Part shown: in pieces, positions 35,236 to 45,775 of the stretch
Layout: the number at the start of each line of letters is the position of its first letter
Numbering within the stretch: position 1 is the stretch's first letter
Source of the DNA: Opitutales bacterium
GTDB lineage: Bacteria > Verrucomicrobiota > Verrucomicrobiia > Opitutales > Coraliomargaritaceae
Assembly (NCBI GenBank): GCA_049598495.1
Contig: JBMYNR010000005.1
Coordinates: 1-64,000, forward strand
DNA: 64,000 bases
Reading direction: 5' to 3'
The notes under the pieces: generated by a model
What the model saw: the letters and a program-made list of their open reading frames with translations, nothing else
Database searches by the model: none
What the model was told of the DNA's origin: nothing
Translations under genes and position numbers: made by a program

Positions 35236-35709
35236 ATGTCTCGTCGTCGCCAAGCAGTTAAACGTCCGCTTATTCCGGACCCTCGTTATAACAGCACTCT
35301 TGTCACTAATCTTGTGAACATGATTATGGAGCGTGGTAAGCGCACCGTGGCTCAGCGTATCGTTTACACCGCATTTCAACGTGTGAGTGAAAAGCTCGGC
35401 AAAGGCGATCCTGTCGATCTTGTGATGGGCGCTCTTGAGAATGCACGTCCCAAGTTGGAGGTAAAGAGCCGCCGCGTCGGTGGTGCGACCTATCAGGTGC
35501 CCGTTGAGATTTCCTTTGAGCGCCAGCAGAGCCTCGCTTTCCGGTGGATGGTTTCAGCAGCCCGCAATCGCAAGGGCGTCCCTATGGACGAAGCATTGGC
35601 CGATGAAATCGTTGATGCCTACAACAACACCGGTGGTGTTGTGAAGAAGAAGGAGGAAACTCACCGTATGGCTCAGGCCAATCGGGCCTTCGCGCATTTG
35701 CGATGGTAG
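35236..35709 (+). CDS. rpsG: 30S ribosomal protein S7
   Basis: [24 protein letters not shown]. Confidence 0.99.
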   Translation: MSRRRQAVKRPLIPDPRYNSTLVTNLVNMIMERGKRTVAQRIVYTAFQRVSEKLGKGDPVDLVMGALENARPKLEVKSRRVGGATYQVPVEISFERQQSLAFRWMVSAARNRKGVPMDEALADEIVDAYNNTGGVVKKKEETHRMAQANRAFAHLRW

Positions 35710-35812
35710 CCTCTCTCTTGCGCTGGCAGTCTTCAACCCGCAGATTGTCCGCGCAGCGACGTGCCTATTAGCGCCGCCGCCCCCTTGTTCTTTTCCAGTC
35801 GAATCTCTTTCA

Positions 35813-37960
35813 ATGTCCGCTACAAAAACAGCGCCAGTTAATTCGCCGAAACGTATGTTCCCCTTGGAGCATACCCGTAATATCGGCATAGCTGCGCATA
35901 TCGATGCGGGAAAGACGACGACGACGGAAAGAATTCTATTTTATGCTGGTGTTGTCCACAAGATGGGTGAGGTGCACGAGGGCAGTGCCGTTACCGATTG
36001 GATGGATCAAGAGCGCGAGCGTGGCATTACCATCACCTCGGCTGCCATTTCTTGCAACTGGACCAACCAAAGCGGTCCATTCAAAGGGATTTCTCACCAA
36101 ATCAATATTATTGATACCCCAGGGCACGTCGATTTTACGGCCGAGGTGGAGCGCTCCTTACGTGTTCTTGACGGTGCAGTCGGTGTCTTTTGTGCCGTAG
36201 CCGGTGTGCAGCCTCAGTCGGAGACGGTCTGGCGGCAGATGACGAAATACAAGGTCCCGCGTATTGCCTTTGTTAATAAAATGGATCGTGTTGGCGCTGA
36301 CTATTTCGGCGCGATCGAATCCATGCGGGAACGCCTTGGTGCGAATGCCCATCCGATCTTCCTTCCGATTGGATCGGAAGAGGATTTTATAGGTTTGATC
36401 GACCTCGCCTCCATGGAGGCCCGTATCTATGACGTGGCTGACGAGTCGGGCATGACCTACGAGATCGGTGAGATCCCCGCCGCATACACCGAGCAGGCTG
36501 CGGAGTATCGTGAGAAGTTGATCGAGGCTCTGGCCGATTTCGACGATGCCTTAGCCGAGAAGTATCTCGAAGGTGAAGAACTGGCGGCCGATGATATCCG
36601 CGCAGCGATCCGCAAGGCGACGGTTTCCCTCGGTTTCTGTGGCGTTATTCCCGGAAGTGCCTTCAAGAACAAAGGTGTTCAGGCAGTTCTCGATGCAGTG
36701 GTCAATTATCTGCCCAATCCATTGGAACTACCGCCAATGAAGGGGGAGAACGCTAAGGGTGCTGAGGTTGAAGTGCGACCGGATGATAACGCCAAGTTCG
36801 CAGGTCTCGCGTTTAAATTAATGAACGACGGCTACGTTGGGAAGCTTGTCTTCATGCGTGTTTATGCGGGCACTTTGGCCAAGGGCACAGCGCTCTACAA
36901 TCCTCGTACCGGCAAGACTGAGCGAATTTCCCGCCTGCTGATCATGAAGGCGGATTCCCGAGAGGATATTGATGTGGCCTATTCCGGCGATATCTGCGCG
37001 ATTGTGGGCGCGCGCGATGTGGTTACAGGTGATACACTTTGTACTAAAGGTTACGATGTCCGCCTTGAGCCGCCGACATTCCCGGAGCCTGTGATTTCCA
37101 TGTCGATCGAGCCCAAGACCAGCGCTGACCAAGAAAAGATGGCAACGGGTCTGCAGCGTCTATCTGAGGAGGACCCAACCTTTGTGGTCAGTTCCGATGA
37201 AGAAACCGGGCAGACGATTATCGCTGGAATGGGGGAGCTACACCTTGAGATTATCAAAGACCGGCTCTTTCGTGAATTCAAGGTGGGGGCCGAAGCAGGG
37301 CGTCCGCAGATTGCCTACCGTGAAACCGTTTCCGCGCAGTCCGAAGGGGAGGGCAAGTTTGTTCGCCAGACTGGGGGCAGTGGTCAATACGGCCATGCCC
37401 GCATCAAACTTGAGCCCCTGGAGCGGGGCAAGGGGATCGAGGTCGAAGACAAGATCGTTGGCGGCGCCATTCCGAAAGAGTTTATCAAGCCTACGATCGA
37501 CGGCATTCGTGAAGCAGCTAACAACGGATGTGTTTGCGGGTATCCCGTGGTCGATTTCAAGGTCACCCTCTTTGATGGCTCCTTCCACGATGTCGACTCC
37601 TCCGAGATGTCCTTCAAGATGGCGGGTATCTTTGCTTTCCGGGACGCCATGGAAAAGGCTGGCCCGCTACTGCTTGAGCCGATGATGAAGGTCGAGGTCG
37701 AGTCTCCGGAAGACTACCAGGGTGATATCATGGGTGACCTCAATCGTCGTCGTGGCCAGATCCAAAATGTAGCCAGCAAGACCGCATTCGTTACCATCTC
37801 CGCGCTCGTTCCGCTGCAAGAGATGTTCGGCTATGCCACTGTGGTGCGCTCTCTCAGTAAGGGACGCGCCTCCTACAGTATGGAGCCCGAATCCTTCGAG
37901 CCCGTGCCGCCCAATGTCCTTAACACCATCTTGGAGACATCCACCAGGGGCAGGTATTAA
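35813..37960 (+). CDS. fusA: Elongation factor G
   Basis: [40 protein letters not shown]. Confidence 0.99.
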   Translation: MSATKTAPVNSPKRMFPLEHTRNIGIAAHIDAGKTTTTERILFYAGVVHKMGEVHEGSAVTDWMDQERERGITITSAAISCNWTNQSGPFKGISHQINIIDTPGHVDFTAEVERSLRVLDGAVGVFCAVAGVQPQSETVWRQMTKYKVPRIAFVNKMDRVGADYFGAIESMRERLGANAHPIFLPIGSEEDFIGLIDLASMEARIYDVADESGMTYEIGEIPAAYTEQAAEYREKLIEALADFDDALAEKYLEGEELAADDIRAAIRKATVSLGFCGVIPGSAFKNKGVQAVLDAVVNYLPNPLELPPMKGENAKGAEVEVRPDDNAKFAGLAFKLMNDGYVGKLVFMRVYAGTLAKGTALYNPRTGKTERISRLLIMKADSREDIDVAYSGDICAIVGARDVVTGDTLCTKGYDVRLEPPTFPEPVISMSIEPKTSADQEKMATGLQRLSEEDPTFVVSSDEETGQTIIAGMGELHLEIIKDRLFREFKVGAEAGRPQIAYRETVSAQSEGEGKFVRQTGGSGQYGHARIKLEPLERGKGIEVEDKIVGGAIPKEFIKPTIDGIREAANNGCVCGYPVVDFKVTLFDGSFHDVDSSEMSFKMAGIFAFRDAMEKAGPLLLEPMMKVEVESPEDYQGDIMGDLNRRRGQIQNVASKTAFVTISALVPLQEMFGYATVVRSLSKGRASYSMEPESFEPVPPNVLNTILETSTRGRY

Positions 37961-38003
37961 TTTCCAACAATCAACTAAACAACTTAACCAAACAAAATAA
38001 ATC

Positions 38004-38312
<309 letters not shown>

Positions 38313-38331
38313 TCGATCGCGATAGATTTAC

Positions 38332-38366
38332 AAAAGCCCCGTATCCTCGTGACACGGGGCTTTTTT
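38332..38366 (+). terminator. Intrinsic terminator after rpsJ
   Basis: AAAAGCCCCGT...ACGGGGCTTTTTT. Confidence 0.88.
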
Positions 38367-38453
38367 ATGCGAACAAGTCCGACTCGGGTTGCTGTGAGCC
38401 AGTATCGAATTAGGTTGTTTTTCAAGGCGTGCTGAAACTATTGTCACGGATTC

Positions 38454-39395
38454 ATGTCTTCCGTTAGCGTTAACAAGTCCCCGCTGCGTCGGCTAATCGA
38501 TGGAGTGGGCCCGGTCGATCAAGTTGCGATTGAGGAGCGCGTTGCTAAGTTCACGACACGGAGTATCAAGAAGGGCAGCAAGACTCAGGGGCTAAAGTTG
38601 GCAGTTTCCATGGTCGATCTGACGACACTCGAGGGGAAGGACTCTCCGGGCAAGGTGCAGTCGCTCTGCAGGAAGGCGCAGTCTCCGGCTCCGGAGTTTC
38701 CCCACCTGAAAGTCGCTGCCGTGTGCGTCTATCCTGCCATGGTGAAGCATGCCCGCAAGTTTCTTGGTGACTCGCCCATCGGTATCGCTTCAGTTGCAAC
38801 AGGCTTTCCTTCTGGCCAATATCCGCTCCGCACCCGTCTGCAGGAAGTGAAGCAGGCGGTCCGCGATGGCGCCACTGAGATCGACATGGTGATTCACCGA
38901 GGTGCGTTCCTCGCTGGTCAGGTTCAGCAGGTGCAGGATGAGATCGCCGCAGTCGCCGAAGCCTGTGGTGAGGCCACGCTCAAAGTGATTCTCGAAGTGA
39001 GCGAACTGGAGACCTTCGATAATATCCGTGCCGCGTCTTTTCTCGCGATGAACGTTCTGCGGCCGAACGACTTTATTAAAACCAGCACCGGTAAGACCTC
39101 TGGAAATGCAACACTTGCGAATAATCAGGTTATGCTGGAAGCTATCCGCGACTTCTATCTCGAAACGGGCACCCCGATCTCGATGAAGCCGGCCGGTGGG
39201 ATCAAGACGGCAAAGCAGGCCCTACATTATCTCGTTGCGGTCAAGGAGACCCTCGGCGACAATTGGTTGAACAACCGGCGCTATCGTTTCGGTGCCAGTT
39301 CACTTCTAAATGACCTTCTCATGCAACTCCGTAAGCAAGATGAAGGCGTCTATCAGGCGCCATGGAAATTCAGCGATTCCAGTTCAGGTTATTAA
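38454..39395 (+). CDS. deoC: Deoxyribose-phosphate aldolase (long type)
   Basis: DLTTLEG.D, VCVYP, SVATGFPSGQ, GATEIDMVI, LKVILE, DFIKTSTGK, KPAGGI, RFGASSLL. Confidence 0.95.
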   Translation: MSSVSVNKSPLRRLIDGVGPVDQVAIEERVAKFTTRSIKKGSKTQGLKLAVSMVDLTTLEGKDSPGKVQSLCRKAQSPAPEFPHLKVAAVCVYPAMVKHARKFLGDSPIGIASVATGFPSGQYPLRTRLQEVKQAVRDGATEIDMVIHRGAFLAGQVQQVQDEIAAVAEACGEATLKVILEVSELETFDNIRAASFLAMNVLRPNDFIKTSTGKTSGNATLANNQVMLEAIRDFYLETGTPISMKPAGGIKTAKQALHYLVAVKETLGDNWLNNRRYRFGASSLLNDLLMQLRKQDEGVYQAPWKFSDSSSGY

Positions 39396-39413
39396 TTCTA
39401 CTCGTTCCGAATC

Positions 39414-40916
39414 ATGCCCGCAAAGCGTATTACTAAATCCAGCCCACGAGGCAAGAAAGCTCCCGAACTCCTATTTGGCGATCTCTGGGAGTTTGATCCG
39501 GCACCCGAAACCGCCGAGCCAAATTTGAGTGAGCGCTATTCGCTCTATATCGGTGGTCAACAGCTTGCACCCAAGAGTCGTAAGTTCTTCGAATCGATCG
39601 ATCCTTCAACGGAGAAGATTCTCGCTAAAATCCCGGCTGCCGGGAAAGCGGACGTCGATGCTGCTTTCGCTGCTGCTGAAACGGGCTTAAATAAATATTG
39701 GGCGAAGCTCTCTGGTAAGGAACGGGGCAAGTATCTCTACCGCATCGCCCGTCTTTTGCAGGACCGAGCGCGAGAATTCGCCGTGGTGGAGACCCTCGAT
39801 GGTGGAAAGCCAATCAAGGAATCACGAGATTTCGACATCCCGATGGCGGCGGCCCATTTCTTTTATTATGCAGGCTGGGCCGACAAGCTCGAATATGCGC
39901 TGCCGGGTGCTTCTTTCAAACCCTACGGAGTGATCGGGCAGATCATCCCATGGAATTTCCCACTCCTCATGCTGGCTTGGAAAATCGCACCGGCGCTTGC
40001 CGCAGGCAACTGCGTGGTGATTAAACCGGCCGAGACGACTTCGATCACTGCTCTTAAGTTCGCCGAGATTCTGCAGGAAGCTGAGTTGCCGCCCGGTGTG
40101 GTGAATATTATTTCGGGAGCAGGGGCAACCGGTCAATACATCGTGAATCACCCCGCGGCGTCTAAGATCGCCTTCACCGGATCGACGGATGTCGGCAAGG
40201 CAATTCTCAAGGCAACTGCTGGGACGGGCAAAGGCCTCACGCTGGAACTCGGGGGTAAGGCGGCCAATATCGTTTTTGAAGATGCGCCCATTGACCAGGC
40301 GGTCGAAGGCGTGATCAACGGAATCTTCTTCAATCAGGGCCACGTCTGCTGTGCAGGTAGTCGCCTGCTGGTTCAGGAATCGATTGCCGAGACCTTCGTC
40401 AAGAAGCTGAAGACTCGTATCGCCTCACTCCGCGTAGGCAACCCGCTCGACAAGAACACCGATATCGGAGCGATTAACTCGAGGGAGCAGCTCGACCGTA
40501 TTCGTGAGCTGGTCAACAGTGGAGTCGACGAGGGTGCCGAGCTTTTCCAGAGCTCATGTCCGATCCCCAAGAAAGGCTTCTTCTTCCGTCCCTCGCTCTT
40601 TGAAGGAGTGACTCTGAGTCATCGAATTGCCCGTGAGGAGATCTTTGGCCCTGTCCTCAGCATTCTGACCTTCCGCACCGTCAGCGAAGCGATCGAAAAG
40701 GCCAATAATACAGCCTACGGTCTTGCCGCAGGTGTGTGGACGGATAAGGGCTCAAAGATTTTAGAGATGAGCACCGCTCTGAACGCAGGTGTCGTTTGGG
40801 CAAATACCTATAACAAATTTGATCCGACTTCGCCCTTCGGCGGTTATAAGGAAAGCGGATTTGGCCGCGAGGGTGGCAAACAGGGTATTTGCGATTACCT
40901 TAAGGTTGAATCCTAA
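39414..40916 (+). CDS. Aldehyde dehydrogenase (ALDH16-like catalytic part), probable acetaldehyde dehydrogenase
   Basis: IIPWNFP, KPAE, FTGST, LELGGK, FFNQGHVCCAGSR (catalytic Cys), EEIFGP, FGGYKESG.GREGG. Confidence 0.93.
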   Translation: MPAKRITKSSPRGKKAPELLFGDLWEFDPAPETAEPNLSERYSLYIGGQQLAPKSRKFFESIDPSTEKILAKIPAAGKADVDAAFAAAETGLNKYWAKLSGKERGKYLYRIARLLQDRAREFAVVETLDGGKPIKESRDFDIPMAAAHFFYYAGWADKLEYALPGASFKPYGVIGQIIPWNFPLLMLAWKIAPALAAGNCVVIKPAETTSITALKFAEILQEAELPPGVVNIISGAGATGQYIVNHPAASKIAFTGSTDVGKAILKATAGTGKGLTLELGGKAANIVFEDAPIDQAVEGVINGIFFNQGHVCCAGSRLLVQESIAETFVKKLKTRIASLRVGNPLDKNTDIGAINSREQLDRIRELVNSGVDEGAELFQSSCPIPKKGFFFRPSLFEGVTLSHRIAREEIFGPVLSILTFRTVSEAIEKANNTAYGLAAGVWTDKGSKILEMSTALNAGVVWANTYNKFDPTSPFGGYKESGFGREGGKQGICDYLKVES

Positions 40917-40930
40917 AATTCACTAGATCC

Positions 40931-41800
40931 ATGTCCCGTATACCGATAACGAAAACACCCAAAGCCTACGTTGGCGGAAAATTCATGCGTTCTGAAAGTG
41001 GGCGCGTCTTTGCGCTCAACAACAAGCGCGGTGAGTTTCTCTGCAACATTCCCCAGTGCACCCGCAAAGACTTGCGCAATGCAGTCGAGGCCGCAGGCAA
41101 AGCAGGCGGTGATTGGGCAGGGCGGAGCGCCTACAACCGGGGGCAGATTCTCTATCGTCTCGGTGAGATGATGGAGGCCCGCGCAGAAGAGCTCGCGCAG
41201 GCAATTTCGATCACCGGTGAGGTAACGATCGCCAGTGCGCGTCGTGAGGTGTCGATCGCGATCGATCGTGTTATCTATTATTCTGGCTGGACGGATAAAT
41301 ACGAGCAAGTGCTCGGCAACACGAACCCTGTCGCCGGTTCGTTCTTCAATTTCTCAGTCACCGAGCCTGTGGGCGTCGTTGGAGTGGTCGCTCCCGATGC
41401 ACCCTCGCTGCTGGGACTGATTTCTCAGGTGCTACCGGTGATCACATCCGGCAACGCGGTCGTTGCGCTGGCTTCGACCGCGAATCCTTATCCGGTCATT
41501 TTACTGGGTGAAATGCTGGCCACTTCCGATCTTCCGGGGGGTGTGCTTAATCTCATGACCGGCTACCGTGCCGAATTGCTGGAGACCTTTGCCAGTCATG
41601 AGCACATTCGTGGCCTCGATCTTTCGGTGGACGCAGAGGACCGGGCCAAGGTAGAGGTTCTGGCCGCCGAGAGTATCAAGCGGGTCAAAATCCGGGAGCA
41701 GGCGGATACGCGCTCCTGGGTTGGTGAGAAGGCCCAGTCTATCTACGCCATCCGCAGCTTCCTCGAGTTCAAGACTACTTGGCACCCCATCGGAGTGTAG
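40931..41800 (+). CDS. Truncated aldehyde-dehydrogenase-like protein (Rossmann-type domain only, no catalytic domain)
   Basis: 289 aa; K.YVGGKF.RSESGR, YNRGQILYR, YYSGWTDK, EPVGVV, LPGGVLN..TG, FLEFKTTWHP. Lacks PWN, ELGGK and the catalytic Cys region. Confidence 0.85.
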   Translation: MSRIPITKTPKAYVGGKFMRSESGRVFALNNKRGEFLCNIPQCTRKDLRNAVEAAGKAGGDWAGRSAYNRGQILYRLGEMMEARAEELAQAISITGEVTIASARREVSIAIDRVIYYSGWTDKYEQVLGNTNPVAGSFFNFSVTEPVGVVGVVAPDAPSLLGLISQVLPVITSGNAVVALASTANPYPVILLGEMLATSDLPGGVLNLMTGYRAELLETFASHEHIRGLDLSVDAEDRAKVEVLAAESIKRVKIREQADTRSWVGEKAQSIYAIRSFLEFKTTWHPIGV

Positions 41801-41831
41801 GGCCATAGGTGACGGCGATATACAATCGCCG

Positions 41832-41888
41832 AATAGTAAACAAGTGTTCACTATTTTATTGACAGCCGTTTTGGGACTGTCGCATAGT
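41832..41888 (+). promoter_or_regulatory. Palindromic operator-like site plus putative sigma70 promoter upstream of ssb
   Basis: 24-bp near-perfect palindrome AATAGTAAACAAGTGTTCACTATT (41832-41855), TTGACA at 41859-41864, CATAGT 18 nt later. Confidence 0.5.
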
Positions 41889-41971
41889 AGTGCTGTCGGT
41901 CATCAGCTGGTGGTCGATTGAATGCGATTCATTCGCAGCAAGCTAATAACACGTAACTGAAAGGAAATATC

Positions 41972-42337
41972 ATGAATCAAACCGTCATCACTGGAAACCT
42001 CACTGCGGACATCGAAACCCGCGAAATCAAGACCCGAGACGGGGAACAACACCTCAGCAAGTTTACCCTTGGGTGCAATGAGGGCGAAAGGGTGGTCTTT
42101 ATGCCCGTCGAGGCATGGAATATGCCGCATCTGGCCGAACATCTATTCAAAGGCTCGAAAGCCTTGATCTCCGGGTCGCTCAAACAGGATAGTTGGGAGA
42201 CCGATACGGGGGAGAAACGAAGCCGTATCGTGCTGAATGCCTACAAGGTTGAGTTCCTCGATCCCGCTCCCGAGCAGTCCCGTCCGGCCGTCGGCAGAGG
42301 AAAGAACGGGGCTCGTTCCCGTCATCGTGCCGCTTAA
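41972..42337 (+). CDS. ssb: Single-stranded DNA-binding protein, short form without acidic C-terminal tip
   Basis: MNQTVITGNLT.D.E.R, V.AW...AE.L.KGS...I.G.L...SWE..TGEKRS (OB fold). Confidence 0.88.
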   Translation: MNQTVITGNLTADIETREIKTRDGEQHLSKFTLGCNEGERVVFMPVEAWNMPHLAEHLFKGSKALISGSLKQDSWETDTGEKRSRIVLNAYKVEFLDPAPEQSRPAVGRGKNGARSRHRAA

Positions 42338-42360
42338 TTGAGCCAGTTATCTCAGTCCCG

Positions 42361-42392
42361 AGGCCCGCGATTCACTGAACCGCGGGCTTTTT
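42361..42392 (+). terminator. Intrinsic terminator after ssb
   Basis: GCCCGCG...CGCGGGC-TTTTT. Confidence 0.8.
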
Positions 42393-42616
42393 CGTGCCTA
42401 AAATGGCCGATTTCGGGCGATTTTTGCCGAATTTTTGGAAAATCCGAAAAAGTACGAAAAATATTTCACTTTTTGGAAAATCAGGGGTTGACGAATCTTG
42501 CTGCGCCCTCTTTTTTCCGTCGCTCGCTTCCCAACTGAGGCGATCCCACAGATTTTTTTAACTCCCTAATGCAGGTCTAGGAAACGGAGCCTCCGCTCCA
42601 CCTGCCACTTAGTATT

Positions 42617-43261
42617 ATGAACGTAGCCCTACTTGGTAAAAAGATAGGAATGACTCAGGTATTCGACGAAAACAATCGTCTGGTGCCGGTTACAGTCATT
42701 GAAGCAGGACCCTGCCCGGTAACGCAGATCAAGTCCACTGATACGGACGGTTATGACGCCGTTCAGATCGGTTTTCGCCCTCAAAAGGAGCACCGTCTCT
42801 CGAAAGCAGCTCTCGGTCACTTCAAAAAGGCAGGTGTGGATCCCATGGCTGAGCTTCAGGAGTTCCGCACAAACGGTGATGCTGATGTCAACGTGGGTGA
42901 TGTTCTTACGGTCGAGAAGTTTGAGGCCGGTCAGAAGATCGACGTCATCGGGACCTCAAAGGGGCGCGGCTTTCAAGGTGTGGTCAAGCGCTATGGCTTC
43001 GCCGGTGGTCCTGCCTCTCACGGTTCCATGTTCCACCGCCGTGGTGGTTCTTATGGTATGTGCCAATGGCCTGGTCACGTGATCAAGGGTAAGAAGATGC
43101 CCGGTCACATGGGTGATGCCCGTCGCACAGTCCAGAATCTCGAAATTGTTAAAGTCATCGCGGAGAAGAATCTCATCCTAATCAAGGGGAGTGTTCCCGG
43201 CTCGCGTGGCTCCCTCGTCACAGTCCGCACAGCGGTCAAAACCAAAAAGGCCCAGGCATAA
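42617..43261 (+). CDS. rplC: 50S ribosomal protein L3
   Basis: GKKIGMTQVF, SKGRGFQG, GPASHGS, KKMPGHMG. Confidence 0.99.
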   Translation: MNVALLGKKIGMTQVFDENNRLVPVTVIEAGPCPVTQIKSTDTDGYDAVQIGFRPQKEHRLSKAALGHFKKAGVDPMAELQEFRTNGDADVNVGDVLTVEKFEAGQKIDVIGTSKGRGFQGVVKRYGFAGGPASHGSMFHRRGGSYGMCQWPGHVIKGKKMPGHMGDARRTVQNLEIVKVIAEKNLILIKGSVPGSRGSLVTVRTAVKTKKAQA

Positions 43262-43287
43262 ACTGAGCGAGGAAAGGAAATAACACG

Positions 43288-43923
43288 ATGAAACTCAAAG
43301 TTTACACAGCCGACGGTTCCTCCAGCTCCGAGAAGGAGTATGCACTCCCTGCTTTTGAAGGTGACAAGGGTGTTGCGGCGCTCCGTCAAGTCGTTCTTGC
43401 TCACCAGGCCAATGCTCGTCAGGGCAACGCTTCGTCCAAGACCCGCGCCGAAGTGGCCGGTTCCGGTAAGAAGCTCTTCCGCCAAAAAGGGAGTGGCACG
43501 GCTCGTCAGGGCACACGTCGCGTTCCCCATCAACGTCATGGTGGTGTGGCTCATGGTCCGAAGCCCCGCGATTACTCTCAGAAGATCAATCGCAAGATGA
43601 AGGACCTCGCCTTCCAGCGCGCACTTTTCGAGCGTGCGACCGAAGGTGGTCTCTCCGTTATCGAGGCTCTTGAAGTTAAGGAACCCAAGACGAAGCTTTT
43701 CAATCAAGTTCTCACCGCTGTTCTTCCGAAGCGTGGCAAGGTCTTGATTGTTGACGATCAATTTGAAAATAATGCCGCTCTGGCAGCCCGCAATATAGAT
43801 GGAGTCTCTCTCTCCGAAGCGGGTGACTTGAGCACGCTGGATGTTGTGCGCTACCGCCACATCATCGTCAGCGCGAAGGGCATCGAAACTATCATTGCAC
43901 GTGCCAACGGCGCTGCCGAATAA
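43288..43923 (+). CDS. rplD: 50S ribosomal protein L4
   Basis: RQGNASSKTRAEV.G, RQKGSGTARQG, GGVAHGPKPR. Confidence 0.99.
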   Translation: MKLKVYTADGSSSSEKEYALPAFEGDKGVAALRQVVLAHQANARQGNASSKTRAEVAGSGKKLFRQKGSGTARQGTRRVPHQRHGGVAHGPKPRDYSQKINRKMKDLAFQRALFERATEGGLSVIEALEVKEPKTKLFNQVLTAVLPKRGKVLIVDDQFENNAALAARNIDGVSLSEAGDLSTLDVVRYRHIIVSAKGIETIIARANGAAE

Positions 43924-43937
43924 AGTAGAGGTAAGCC

Positions 43938-44228
43938 ATGATCATCGCAGATAAAATTCTCCTCGAATACCGCGTCACTGAGAAGGCGGCCAATCTTTCG
44001 GCCAACTTCAACCAGTATACCTTCGAAGTTGCGCCGACCGCTAATCGCATCGAGGTCGCGCGCGCTGTCGCCAAGACCTTCAATGTCGAAGTGGTTAACG
44101 TGAACATTCTTAACAAAAAGCCCAAGGTTAAGGCCGACCGCAGTCGTCGCGGCAAGGTAGGCACCAAGGGCGGCCATAAGAAGGCCATCGTCACTCTTAA
44201 AGAGGGCGATAAGATCGAACTCGTCTAA
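43938..44228 (+). CDS. rplW: 50S ribosomal protein L23
   Basis: VTEKA, YTFEV, KKAIVTL; operon position. Confidence 0.97.
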   Translation: MIIADKILLEYRVTEKAANLSANFNQYTFEVAPTANRIEVARAVAKTFNVEVVNVNILNKKPKVKADRSRRGKVGTKGGHKKAIVTLKEGDKIELV

Positions 44229-44257
44229 GCACAAAGGGACCCAAACGGACACAGACC

Positions 44258-45103
<846 letters not shown>

Positions 45104-45118
45104 ACCGAATTACCAGCT

Positions 45119-45382
45119 ATGTCTCGTTCCGTAAAAAAAGGTTTCTTTGTCGATCCGCACCTTGCCAAAAAGGTTGAGGTCGCGCAGGCCAACAACGATC
45201 GCAAGCCGATCCAGACCTGGTCGCGCCGTTCCACTATTACGCCTGACTTTGTCGGCCTCAACTTCAACGTGCACAACGGTCGCAGCTTCCTGCCTGTCTA
45301 TGTCACTGAAAACATGGTTGGCCACAAGTTGGGCGAGTTCGCCCCGACTCGTACCTTCAAGGGTCACCCAACCGGTAAATAA
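45119..45382 (+). CDS. rpsS: 30S ribosomal protein S19
   Basis: [21 protein letters not shown]. Confidence 0.99.
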   Translation: MSRSVKKGFFVDPHLAKKVEVAQANNDRKPIQTWSRRSTITPDFVGLNFNVHNGRSFLPVYVTENMVGHKLGEFAPTRTFKGHPTGK

Positions 45383-45401
45383 CCTCTCTCGCTAACGCGC
45401 T

Positions 45402-45770
45402 ATGCAATTTCTCCAAACAGTTCGCACGCTTGTCGGCACGCTCCTTTTGGGCGCGATGCTGTCCGGTGCTGCTGTGCACGGAGAAGAGCCCGCTTTCGTT
45501 GAAGAGTCACTTTACAGCCCGAACGCCGCTCCTGTGGCGGAGGTTATGCCCACGCTTGCAGCCGATGTCGTTCTCCTCGACGGCGGCCTCGAGCAAGGCA
45601 TCCGCCGGGGTATGGTCTGCCGTGTCTCTCGCGGCCAACGCTCTATCGGCGAACTCGTTATTATTGAATCACGCAGCGACCGTGCCGCAGGTCTTATCCT
45701 AAAACTGGTCGGCGACTCCATTATCCAAGCGGGCGACATGGCCCGAATTAAAACAATTCAAAACAGCTGA
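45402..45770 (+). CDS. Hypothetical exported protein inside the S10 operon
   Basis: 122-aa ORF filling the rpsS-rplV gap (19 bp and 5 bp spacers). Sec-type signal peptide (..LLLGAMLSGAAVHG/EE). Beta-rich C-terminal part VLLDGGLEQGIRRGMVCRV...IGELVIIE...GD. Confidence 0.75.
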   Translation: MQFLQTVRTLVGTLLLGAMLSGAAVHGEEPAFVEESLYSPNAAPVAEVMPTLAADVVLLDGGLEQGIRRGMVCRVSRGQRSIGELVIIESRSDRAAGLILKLVGDSIIQAGDMARIKTIQNS

Positions 45771-45775
45771 ATCTC

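Noticed and set aside
35704..35712. TGGTAGC at the rpsG stop as another REP
   Set aside because: S7 naturally ends in RW-stop, and no palindrome follows the GTAG.
40931..41800. Pseudogene or frameshifted remnant of an aldehyde dehydrogenase
   Set aside because: It is an intact ORF with its own start and a coherent ALDH-like C-terminal strand. The missing part is an internal whole domain, matching the ALDH16 C-terminal domain pattern.
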